A stretch of 64,000 bases of DNA from the NCBI GenBank assembly GCA_012295275.1, contig CM022665.1:48980001-49044000 (forward strand), read 5' to 3'. Position 1 is the stretch's first letter, and each line of letters begins with the position of its first letter. The translations under genes were made by a program, and so were the position numbers. The DNA is from Chrysomallon squamiferum (taxonomy: Eukaryota; Animalia; Mollusca). The notes beneath the pieces are model-generated. The model was not told the origin of the DNA, did no database searches, and worked only from the letters and a program-made list of their open reading frames with translations. Shown in pieces: positions 10,335 to 22,431 of this stretch.

Positions 10335-11320
10335 ATTTCATTTCCTACCCAATTTGGGAAATTTATTGTGCTAATAATATACCACAGTCTAGATGTTAAT
10401 AAAGTATTCCATACTTCTGCTTTTCTGTGTAAAGTAAGTTTCCACTGACTCCATAAATTAATTAAATAACGAATTTTATCTAATTTATTTTTCTAGTTGA
10501 ACCTTTCACATAATGGTTTATTTCGTCCTAGAGTTTTTAATTCTGTCTGTATTTATTAATATTGGAATATTAAAAGATACGTTTTCTTTCATGGTCTTGC
10601 CAAGACAAAGTACTTCTAACTTATCTACATTGAATTTTGCGCCTGTACAATACATATTCATTGTATTAAAAACAGATTGAACAGACTGAGTATCACGAGC
10701 AGTTACAGTAGTATCATCTGCATACTGAAATAATAAAGAATTAAATTCATTTGTTATTCTAATTCCATTCATGCTGTTTCTCTTTTTAATTAAATTATTG
10801 AAGGGTTCAGCTACAATAACATAAAGCATTACTTATATTGGACATCTTACCCCTTTTTTCATACTACGTGACAATATTTCCTCTTTCTGAATTAACTTAA
10901 CTACTATATGAAACAAAATTTTCAAATATTCCCAGAATTTAACATAAAATTCAGCAGCTAGACCATCCATACCAGGTGATTTATTGCTAGTCATTTCTTT
11001 TAAAACATCCTTTAATTCTTTAGTTGTAATGTCTTTCTCTCAGTTTTCAATTTCAGATTCCTTTATTTTATTTGATTATTGAATTTATTATTTCTTCCCG
11101 TTTAATAACATCCACGTTTTCTTGTCTATATAATTTAAAATAAAATTCAAAAGCTTTTTCTAACATATCTTCCGTTTTTCTAGTTAACCATCATTTACTG
11201 TTTTTAGTTCTTCAATAGAATTTGATTCCCGGTTTGATTTTTCTAAACTGAGAAAAACGACATATCTATCCGTATCTAGATTCCATTGCGCTTTAGATCT
11301 TAAAACAAAACTTTTACACA
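10335..11320 (-). mobile_element. Tx1 ORF2 fragments (RT and upstream linker), inverted, with internal deletions
   Basis: ORF 10518-10829 reads MLYVIVAEP...FQYADD; reverse-complement similarity to 35850-36300. Confidence 0.85.
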
Positions 11321-11534
11321 TAAATTTTTCCTTGACTGATCTATAACATTTTTACCAGTTTGAGATCTGGTAAACTGTCTCTTATCTGGATTTCTGTATC
11401 GCCAGATATAAACTAAATTAAAATTATAAATAACTGATTGTAATACTTTACTACATTTCATACAGAAAGTTTTATTATTAATGCCTTAATCTAAAGTAGT
11501 ATTGTACATATTGTATAATATTTGTGTGTGTGTG

Positions 11535-11567
<33 letters not shown>

Positions 11568-12542
11568 ACATACATATACATTATGTATGTTAGGCCAACA
11601 ACAATTAACCGTCTAGAAATTATTTTCTTTACTCTTTTTGTCCACTTACTGACGTCAAAATCATGGACTGCACCTGACTTAATTTTATAAAACACAGACT
11701 GGGTGCACTCAAAGCGTGACTAAACAGAAAAGTATGTTTCGCCTCGCCTTGATAAACAAACAGAATGTCAGCGTCTGTTAAATTATGACAGTGATACTCA
11801 AAAACTGATTGGAAACGAAGGTTTTATGTTTATTTAACATGTAGTGTATGAGTGTGTGGAGACATGTCGAATGGTCTTGATATGGTGAGCTTGTATTTCT
11901 TTTTCTTCCTCTTATTTATTTATTTATTTGTAACTTTTTTGTTGTCTTTCTAAGTTACAGTATCATACAGTTCATCAGTACGTTTTAGCCAAATTCGTTT
12001 TTCAGTGTGTGTGTGTGTGTGTGTGTGTATATATTTCGTTGTGTATTTCGCGTCATTAAACAAGTAAAATGTTGCATGAACAAATTTTAAATTAGTTTGT
12101 CCAGTTATTAGAGACAATTGTTTTAAATCCAGGTTTTAGAGATCTTGTTTCTTCTTTTCTTTATTGTGCACGTTCAAGTTGGTTGGAGCAAGGGACTGCT
12201 TCACTATACTCGTAGAGGAGGGGCCCAGAGCCGGTTCTGAGGATTCAGTGGTTTTAAGATGATGAAAAAAATGATATATTTTTATTTTATTATTTCTTTC
12301 TTCTTTTTTTTTTAATTATTTATTTTTCATACGTTCCGTTTGCTTTCAATTTTCTAAAACTTTGTAACCTATAACCAGCGTGATATGGTGTGTGCTAAAA
12401 ATAAAAGTTTGAATCATCATTCTAAAATAAATTTACAACACACACACACACATACACACACAGACGTATCAAGGAGTTGACATGAACAACAACAATAATA
12501 ACACCTTCAACAATTATAAAAATCATATGTGTCTCCGTTTCA

Positions 12543-12583
<41 letters not shown>

Positions 12584-13186
12584 TATCATGAAAAGTATTT
12601 TTGTTATTATAATTTATACTGAATTCAAGTTAGTTCTAACAAATTATTAATAAAAAAGGAATAATGAATATTAAAAGACAGAAATAAAGAAAGAAAGAAA
12701 GCCATTGAAAAAATAAGAACGTTGGGATGACTGCTGCCCATCGTCTTCAGTTTAGAATGTGCTCGAAATAATGACTCTAATCTAAAAACATTTATGAGTC
12801 ATAGCCTTTGTTAGCAACCACCCTAACGACGAACAAACAATTAAAACTTACTGAGGAATCAAAAACATAATACAAACATATCAGAAACTGCTGGTGTATT
12901 ATTATATAATAATACATAGACCATAGGTAGAATAATTAATACAATTATCCTTCTCAGTATATTTCTTTCTTATTAATGTGAAACAGTATAACTATTTTGT
13001 GATATGAGTCTATGAAATTTAACAATTTTTAAATGTCCAAAACTTTAGAACTAGCAAAGATATCAAATAACTGACTCTAAAATTGCTCAATTTATAATGT
13101 CCATAGCACGAGTTTAAAGAATAAGGAAGTTTAGAATAAATTTGGGAAATAGCCGACAAAATACTAGATTTAAAACCCAGTCACTG

Positions 13187-13221
<35 letters not shown>

Positions 13222-14500
13222 TCTGAAGGCATACAGTCATGTTCTTTCTAATTCTCTTAGTACTATCCAGGGCAAAGTCAGCCTTCAAATTATGTTATCT
13301 GTATATGAGAGAGAAAAGAAATCTTTTAAAATAACCGTTCAAAGAAATTTACATTATCTGAGAACGTGACTTCAAATTACCCAGCCACAAATAGATACCC
13401 ACTGATCAACCAGTAACAAACGTCAAGGACTTTATGCTTGAATTACGTACTCTATAATCTATCATTGTACTTGGAAAACATTTCTGTACAATTTCAACTT
13501 AAAGTTTGGTTTATTTATTTATTAGAAACAGAAAACGTACATAATATATTTGAAACTAACGACTGCTATAAAGAGTACCTGGATAAGATATATAGTTCAG
13601 AAAAATGTTTCTCTTTAATTTTAATTTATTCTATGGCAGATAGGTGTTGTGCTAATGTCTATTTTAAGACTTTTTAATCTCAATCTCTCTCTGTCTCTTC
13701 TTCTTCTTCTTGTACCACATATCAGAGATTTCGTATGATATAATGCTAAAAACATGAACGGTGATGTTTTCACGGGAAATAAAGAAAAACAGACACAAAA
13801 ACAAATAAAAACCAAAAGCAAACAAACAAACAAACAACATAAAATCAGCATAAATGAGGTGGATTTTCATAAATAAATCTCTCCTCTAACCCCTGTTTTA
13901 ATCAAATACTACGATTGTACAAAGACAGTATGGTATGGAGATATCATCTAATAGCAGGCATCAATGCATTATATACAGTTTTTAGACAAGATTTATTATG
14001 AATGACTCATTAAGACATAGACTGTAGTCGTTGCAGGCCATTTTAGAAACAGTTCAAAGATATGTTGTTTCTTTTTCGGTTACAAAAGATTTGTTAAAAT
14101 GGAACGAAATGAAATGAATTCAAATTTATGATAAACACCAATAAATGAAACAACACAAAAATATTTGTAAAATTTATAGTTTATTGCATCAAACATTCTG
14201 TGATTAGGTTATAATCAAACAAATGTTATAATCTTATTAACGATTCTTTCAGACATATACATTTTTAATATTTTCCAGGCTTCTGTTTTTCGTTTTTCTT
14301 ATTTTAATTTCGTCTTATAAAGTCTGCCCATTGATTTAGTCCGGATTTCATAATTTTTATAAAAGAGTTCACAATCCATGATAAATGATATAAAACGGAT
14401 CAACACAGACGTTTTGCTATATTTTATCTTACATTTCAGCCATTAAAGTTATAATATTGTGTTCAATATTGAAATCTGCTTCCACAGCTACAGGAATGTT
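10850..14500. repeat. Segmental duplication block (inverted Tx1 fragment plus ~3 kb flank leading into an actinoporin-like gene); other copies at ~27480-30500 and ~36880-43520
   Basis: Collinear near-identical text, e.g. CCAGTTTGAGATCTGGTAAACTGTCTC at ~11355, ~28026 and ~37320, and GGTTGGAGCAAGGGACTGC at ~12181, ~28687 and ~38813. Confidence 0.85.
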
Positions 14501-14568
14501 ACATTTATTAAAAAATGTTTTTCCATACAGATTTGACTGAGCAAATAATAATCCCAGATAATGTGATT

Positions 14569-15345
14569 TTAGGACACAACGCATTTTGATCTTCTCTCTT
14601 TTTTAACAACGTGTAGGTAAAGTTATTCTCGTTCGAGGTACAGGTCAGCTGGTAGTCCCCATGTTCTCGAGTTTTCGCGGAGTCATCTTCCAGATTTTTA
14701 AAATCTAACTGTAGAGGATCCTGATTACCAATATGGATGAAATGGCCGTAATTCCCAGTACATGGATTACTAAAACCAATATAACAATGAAGCTCTTTGT
14801 CGCCAATTTGAAATTCCAGACAGCCCTTCAGACCCATTAGATTTTCAATCACGATTAGTAAGTCTTTCTTTGGATCAATATCCAAACACATATCTTCTGA
14901 AATTATCGAACCTTCAACATTCCGTGATCTGCAGAACATTTTTTTATTCGTTCTGTTATGGACTGTGATTCTTGCCGATCGTGAAGCTAGTTGCTTAGCA
15001 ACATTTTCAACATTTTTTTTGCTGTAAAAAAAACAAAACATAGTTGACAATATTATACATATATTAAAAAATAAAAGAAGAAGAAAAATGTGCGAACTGC
15101 AACTTTTCTTCAGTTTGACATATACTGAACTTTACACAGACCAATAGAAGAGGTTACGTCAGACAACAACACAAATAACACCAGTTAAATTAAATTCAGT
15201 CTAATTATACTGAATTATATATATATGAACGGTTAGTGAAACGAAAGTTATTGCGATTAGGAATTACAGTAATTATTTTGACATATTTGATGTTGGAGTG
15301 ATTGAGTAAGAGAACTAACCTTGGTAACGAGAGCAAGCCTGCCAT
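14569..15345 (-). pseudogene. Actinoporin/aegerolysin-like CaaX gene copy 1 (exons 15345-15320 and 15021-14569); a 1-nt homopolymer deletion shifts the CaaX tail out of frame (pseudogene or sequencing error)
   Basis: Donor AG|GTTAGT and acceptor TTTTTTACAG. Six instead of seven A before GAGAGAAGATCA; RRSKCVVS* is retained in another frame. Confidence 0.65.
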
Positions 15346-17030
15346 TAATAAACACCGTCAACGTTTTAACTTCTCACAGAGATAATTAATTAACTTAACA
15401 GAGACAAACAGTCTTGAAAATTTCAGTTCAGAAAATTATGTCTGTGTTTAAAACACTTTATGTGTGTTTGTCGATTCAAATGAATTCGTTATATGAATAC
15501 GAGACTTTATATGAAGAGAGGGTTGTTGGCAAGTTACCAGCGATAAGTATCGGAAAAATACTGGTACTACTTTCAATGATTGATACAAAAATACCCATGA
15601 CAGCATTGTTGGTAAATTGCCAGGGATAAAAAAAAAAAGAGATTTACTTTAATCGAGTTCCCGAGATTCAACTACTTTGTTAAATTCATAGTACACGCGT
15701 AAGAGGTCTTTGTATATATCTTTCTCCGGGAAATCAACGATACCAAATATTTCTCCTTTTCTTCCTTAATAATATAAAACTCATGATTCTACATCATGTC
15801 GATAATAAATTATTTATGTAATTTTGTTTTAATTATTATTATTATTATTTTTTTGTTGCCTGCTGCTAATGGCCGCTTGGTCTGCTTGTTACCTTCTTTT
15901 TTGTTTGTTTCTAAAACCAAGGCGAAGTAACAGCCTCAAAATGTTACGCTAATTTACTATATGTTTTACAGCAGAATCACATCAAATAACGATTACAAAA
16001 TAACCCCCGTATTTATTGTTTAATAGCCATTCGAAGTTTTTGTTCACTGATAAAATCTTCTGTAAATTGGTGTTAATATCTCAATATTCATTGTTTTCAG
16101 TTTTCTCCCCGAAGAAAATAACGTGTGTACTTGTGACAGTTTATTTTAGAAGTCTATATTTTCTCAAATTTTGTATTGCATCAATGACACTGTGTTTTCA
16201 TAATTTTATTTTCAGGTATTTAATTGGATCTATTTCGAAATTGTGTTTTTCTCTAGGATAAGATCGGAAGTTTGCGTGAATGGGTGGTGATGAAGTTTTA
16301 TAACGAATAATTTTTTTTTCTAAAAAGAGGCAAGGCAGCGTGACTTGATATATATATATATATATATATATCCTGCCTCTTTTTAAAATTGTGTCATCGT
16401 ATACTGGCGTGCAAAGGTCTGTTGATATCCGGTACGAACGCTTTGATTGTATGACACAAAGGCTCAAGTATAAGGCCTAGAACTAAGAAATATTACGAGA
16501 AAGGAAGATATTTCAATATGTAAACATATATGAAACATAAAATAAACACTTTATTCGATTTAAATATAAATTAACTAAATGTATTAAGTTTTTTTCTCTG
16601 ACTGGATTCCCCCCCCCCACCTATTTGTATGGGTCATAGCGTTTATTAGCAACTTGCCTAACAATCAACAACCGATTAAAGCAGAACGTATTTCTTCGGG
16701 AAAGTACCAACGGTTCAAAGAAATTTACTGTATCTGAGAAAGTGACTTCTAGTTACCCAGTCAAAAATAGATACACACTGATTACGCAACAACAAATGTC
16801 AAGAACTTGTATTACGGTACTGTATAATCTAGCACTGTACAGTACATTTTCAACTGAAAGTTTTGTTTATTTATTTCTTTATTAGAAACAGAGAAAATAT
16901 ATAATATTTACAAAAATAACGACTGCTAGAAAGAGTATCTGGATAAGATATATAACTATGAAATAATTTTTTCTTTAAATTTAAAAAATATTTTCTATGG
17001 TACATAGGTGTAGTACCTTTTGAAAGATTT

Positions 17031-17070
<40 letters not shown>

Positions 17071-18091
17071 TTGTTCTTCTTTTTTTTTCTTCTTCTTGTA
17101 CTACATATCAACATGTTCCGTATGATATAATGTTAAAAATTTGAATGGTGACTGTTTCAAAGGAAATAAAGAAACACACAAAAAGAAAAGAAAAAGAAAA
17201 AAAAAGAGCAAAAACAACAAGAAGACGAAAACAAACACATAAACATGATGAAATCAGCAAAAACAAGGTGGATTGGATTTTCATAAATAAATCTCCCTTC
17301 TAACCCCTGTTTTAATCAAATATTACAACTTTACGAAGATAGTAAGGAATGAAGATCTCATCTAATACCAGATTATAGACAATAATTATCATCGATGACT
17401 CACCAAGACATGGATTTTGGCTCCTGGACGCCGTTTTAAAACAGCTTAAAGATATTGTTATTTATTTGGTTACTAAAGAGTTGTTAAAATGGACCAAAAT
17501 AAAATGAATTGAAATTTATGATATACAGCTATAAATGAAACAACACAAAAATACTCGTAAAATTATAGTTTATTGAATCAAACATTCTGTGATTAGGTTA
17601 TAATCAAATTAACGTTGCTAATTTCAGACACATACACTTTTCATGTTTTCTAGGGTTTTGACATTTTTCTTTTTTAATGTCGACTTATAAAGTCATCCCA
17701 TTGATTTATTCCTCATTTAATATGTTTAAGTTTTTTTTTATATAATAATTATGCGATTATAAAAGAGTTCACAATCCATCATAAATACAATAAAACAGAT
17801 CAACATAGATGTTTGGTATATTTTGTCTTACATTTCAGCCATTAAAGTTATAATATTGTGTCTAATTTTGAAATCTTCTTCCATAGTTTCAGGAATGTTA
17901 CATCATAAATAATATAAAACGGATCAATACAGACGTTTTGCTATATTTTACTTACATTTCAGCCATTAAATTTATAATATTGTGTTCAATATTGAAATCT
18001 GCTTCCACAGCTTCAGGAATGTTACATTTATTAAAAAATGTTTTTCCATACAGATTTGACTGAGCAAATAATAATCCCAGATAATGTGATT

Positions 18092-18869
18092 TTAAGACAC
18101 AACACATTTTGATCTTCTCTCTTTTTTTAACAACGTGTAGGTAAAGTTATTCTCGTTTGAGGTACAGGTCAGCTGGTAGAGCCCATGTTCTCGAGTTTTC
18201 GCGGAGTCATCTTCCAGATTTTTAAAATCTAACTGTAGAGGATCCTGATTACCAATATGGATGAAATGGCCGTAATTCCCAGTACATGGATTACTAAAAC
18301 CAATATAACAATGAAGCTCTTTGTCGCCAATTTGAAATTCCAGACAGCCCTTCAGACCCATTAGATTTTCAATCACGATTAGTAAGTCTTTCTTTGGATC
18401 AATATCCAAACACATATCTTCTGAAATTATCGAACCTTCAACATTCCGTGATCTGCAGAACATTTTTTTATTCGTTCTGTTATGGACTGTGATTCTTGCC
18501 GATCGTGAAGCTAGTTGCTTAGCAACATTTTCAACATTTTGTTTGCTGTAAAAAAAACAAAACATAGTTGACAATATTATACATATATTAAAAAATAAAA
18601 GAAGAAGAAAAATGTGCGAACTGCAACTTTTCTTCAGTTTGACATATACTGAACTTTACACAGACCAATAGAAGAGGTTACGTCAGACAACAACACAAAT
18701 AACACCAGTTAAATTAAATTCAGTCTAATTATACTGAATTATATATATATGAACGGTTAGTGAAACGAAAGTTATTGCGATTAGGAATTACAGTAATTAT
18801 TTTGACATATTTGATGTTGGAGTGATTGAGTAAGAGAACTAACCTTGGTAACGAGAGCAAGCCTGCCAT
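18092..18869 (-). CDS. Actinoporin/aegerolysin-like beta-sandwich protein with C-terminal CaaX, 159 aa (exons 18869-18844 and 18545-18092)
   Basis: Spliced ORF MAGLLSLPS-KQNVENVAKQLASRSARITVHNRT...GLKGCLEF...IGFSNPCTG...KKERRSKCVVS*. Phase-2 GT-AG intron; 480 nt in frame; AATAAA ~60 nt downstream. Confidence 0.75.
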
Positions 18870-20526
18870 TAATAAACACCGTCAACGTTTTAACTTCTCA
18901 CAGAGATAATTAATTAACTTAACAGAGACAAACAGTCTTGAAAATTTCAGTTCAGAAAATTATGTCTCTGTTTAAAACACTTTATGTGTGTTTGTCGATT
19001 CAAATGAATACGAGACTTTATATGAAGAGAGGGTTGTTGGCAAGTTACCAATATCTCGGTGATTCAATGATTCAAATAAAAATACTCTTTATATAAACAT
19101 GACAGCATTGTTGGCAAATTGCCAGGGAGAAAAAAAAAAGAAGAGATTTACGTTAATCGAGTTCCCGAGATTCAACTACTTTGTTAAATTCATAGTACAC
19201 GCGTAAGAGGACTTTGTATACATCTTTCTCCGGGAAATCAACGATACCAAATATTTCTCCTTTTCTTCCTTAATAATATAAAACTCATGATTCTACATCA
19301 TGTCGACAATAAATTATTTATGTAATTTTGTTTTAATTCAGTTTTGGGGTGGTTTTTTTTGCCTGCTGCTAATGGCCGCTTGGTGTGCTTATCTTCTTTT
19401 TTGTTTTTTTCTAAAACCAAGGCGAAGTAACAGCCTCAAAATGTTACGCTAATTTACTATATGCTTTACAGCAGAATCACATCAAATAACGATTACAAAA
19501 TAACCCCCGTATTTATTGTTTAATAGCCATTCGAAGTTTTTGTGCACTGATAAAATCTTCTGTTAATATCTCAATATTCATTGTTTTCAGTGTTTCTCCC
19601 CGAAGAAAATAACGTGTGTCCTTGTGACAGTTTATTTTAGAAGTGTATATGTTCTGAAAATTTGTATTGCATCAATGACACGGTGTTTTCATAATTTTAT
19701 TTTCAGGTATTTAATTGGATCTATTTCGAAACTCTTGTTTTTCTCTAGGATAAGATCGGAAGTTTGCGTGAATGGGTGGTCATGAAGTTTCATAACGAAT
19801 AATTTTTTTTTTCTAAAAAGAGGCAAGGCAGCGTGACTTGATATATATATATATATATATATACCCTGCCTCTTTTTAAAATTGTGTCATCGTATACTGG
19901 CGTGCAAAGGTCTGTTGATATCCGGTACGAACGCTTTGATTGTATGACACAAAGGCTCAAGTATAAGGCCTAGAACTAAGAAATATTACGAGAAAGGAAG
20001 ATATTTCAATATGTAAACATATATGAAACATAAAATAAACACTTTATTCGATTTAAATATAAATTAACTAAATGTATTAAGTTTTTTTCTCTGACTGGAT
20101 TCCCCCCCCCCCCACCTATTTGTATGGGTCATAGCGTTTATTAGCAACTTGCCTAACAATCAACAACCGATTAAAGCAGAACGTATTTCTTCGGGGAAAG
20201 TACCAACGGTTCAAAGAAATTTACTGTATCTGAGAAAGTGACTTCTAGTTACCCAGTCAAAAATAGATACACACTGATTACGCAACAACAAATGTCAAGA
20301 ACTTGTATTACGGTACTGTATAATCTAGCACTGTACAGTACATTTTCAACTGAAAGTTTTGTTTATTTATTTCTTTATTAGAAACAGAGAAAATATATAA
20401 TATTTACAAAAATAACGACTGCTAGAAAGAGTATCTGGATAAGATATATAACTATGAAATAATTTTTTCTTTAAATTTAAAAAATATTTTCTATGGTACA
20501 TAGGTGTAGTACCTTTTGAAAGATTT

Positions 20527-20596
<70 letters not shown>

Positions 20597-21614
20597 TTGT
20601 TCTTCTTTTTTTTTCTTCTTCTTGTACTACATATCAACATGTTCCGTATGATATAATGTTAAAAATTTGAATGGTGACTGTTTCAAAGGAAATAAAGAAA
20701 CACACAAAAAGAAAAGAAAAAGAAAAAAAAAGAGCAAAAACAACAAGAAGACGAAAACAAACACATAAACATGATGAAATCAGCAAAAACAAGGTGGATT
20801 GGATTTTCATAAATAAATCTCCCTTCTAACCCCTGTTTTAATCAAATATTACAACTTTACGAAGATAGTAAGGAATGAAGATCTCATCTAATACCAGATT
20901 TTAGACAATAATTATCATCGATGACTCACCAAGACATGGATTTTGGCTCCTGGACGCCGTTTTAAAACAGCTTAAAGATATTGTTATTTATTTGGTTACT
21001 AAAGAGTTGTTAAAATGGACCAAAATAAAATGAATTGAAATTTATGATATACAGCTATAAATGAAACAACACAAAAATACTCGTAAAATTATAGGTTATT
21101 GAATCAAACATTCTGTGATTAGGTTATAATCAAATTAACGTTGCTAATTTCAGGCACATACACTTTTCATGTTTTCCACGGTTTGTACTTTTTTCTTTTT
21201 TAATGTCGACTTATAAAGTCATCCCATTGATTTATTCCTCATTTAATATGTTTAAGTTTTTTATATAATAATTATGTGATTATAAAAGAGTTCACAATCC
21301 ATCATAAATACTATAAAACAGATCAACATAGATGTTTGGTATATTTTGTCTTACATTTCAGCCATTAAAGTTATAATATTGTGTCTAATTTTGAAATCTT
21401 CTTCCATAGTTTCAGGAATGTTACATCATAAATAATATAAAACGGATCAATACAGACGTTTTGCTATATTTTACTTACATTTCAGCCATTAAATTTATAA
21501 TATTGTGTTCAATATTGAAATCTGCTTCCACAGCTACAGGAATGTTACATTTATTAAAAAATATTTTTCCATACAGATTTGACTGAGCAAATAATAATCC
21601 CAGATAATGTGATT

Positions 21615-22431
21615 TTAAGACACAACGCATTTTGATCTTCTCTCTTTTTTTAACAACGTGTAGGTAAAGTTATTCTCGTTCGAGGTACAGGTCAGCTGGT
21701 AGTCCCCATGTTCTCGAGTTTTCGCGGAGTCATCTTCCAGATTTTTAAAATCTAACTGTAGAGGATCCTGATTACCAATATGGATGAAATGGCCGTAATT
21801 CCCAGTACATGGATTACTAAAACCAATATAACAATGAAGCTCTTTGTCGCCAATTTGAAATTCCAGACAGCCCTTCAGACCCATTAGATTTTCAATCACG
21901 ATTAGTAAGTCATTGTTTGGATTAACATCCAAACTCATATCTTCTGAAGTTATCGAACCTTCAACATTCCGTGATCTGCAGAACATTTTTTTATTCGTTC
22001 TCTTACGGATTGTGATTCTTGCAGATCGTGAGGTTAGTTGCTTTACAACATTTTCAATACTTTTTATGCTGTAAGACAAAACATATTTAAAAACATTATA
22101 TACGTAATCAAAAAAAAAAAAGAAGTAAAAAGTGCGATTAGCACATTTCCTTCAGTTAGATATATATATTCTACTTTACACAGTCCAATAAAAGAGGTTA
22201 CGCATGACAACAACACAAATAATAGTTAAATTAAATTCAGTCTAATTATACTGAGTTAAATCGATCTCTAATGGCATTTATTGAATACAGTTATATGTAT
22301 AAACAGTTAGTGAAACGAAAGTTATTGCGATTAGGAATTACTGTAATTATTTTGACCGATTTGACTTTCAACTGACTTTTTAAGCGAACCAACCTTACTA
22401 ATGACCACAGGCTTTCCGCAGCTGCCAACAT
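21615..22431 (-). CDS. Actinoporin/aegerolysin-like CaaX protein, 163 aa (exons 22431-22394 and 22068-21615)
   Basis: MLAAAESLWSLVS-IKSIENVVKQLTSRSARITIR...KKERRSKCVVS*; donor AG|GTTGGT; 492 nt in frame. Confidence 0.75.

Larger units (their letters stand above)
14400..22300. repeat. Tandem duplication of a ~3.52-kb gene unit
   Basis: Exon-2 acceptor boundaries at 15021, 18545 and 22068 (spacing 3524, 3523); intergenic sequence near-identical. Confidence 0.9.

Noticed and set aside
13438-13677. 79-aa ORF repeated at 42205
   Set aside because: TTG start, AT-rich, part of the segmental duplication, and disrupted in the third copy (~29500).
15022-15050. ORF-track N-termini (MSTMFCFFY, MSYS, MDICQ...) of the CaaX genes
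   Set aside because: They translate intron polypyrimidine tracts; the true starts are in the upstream micro-exons.
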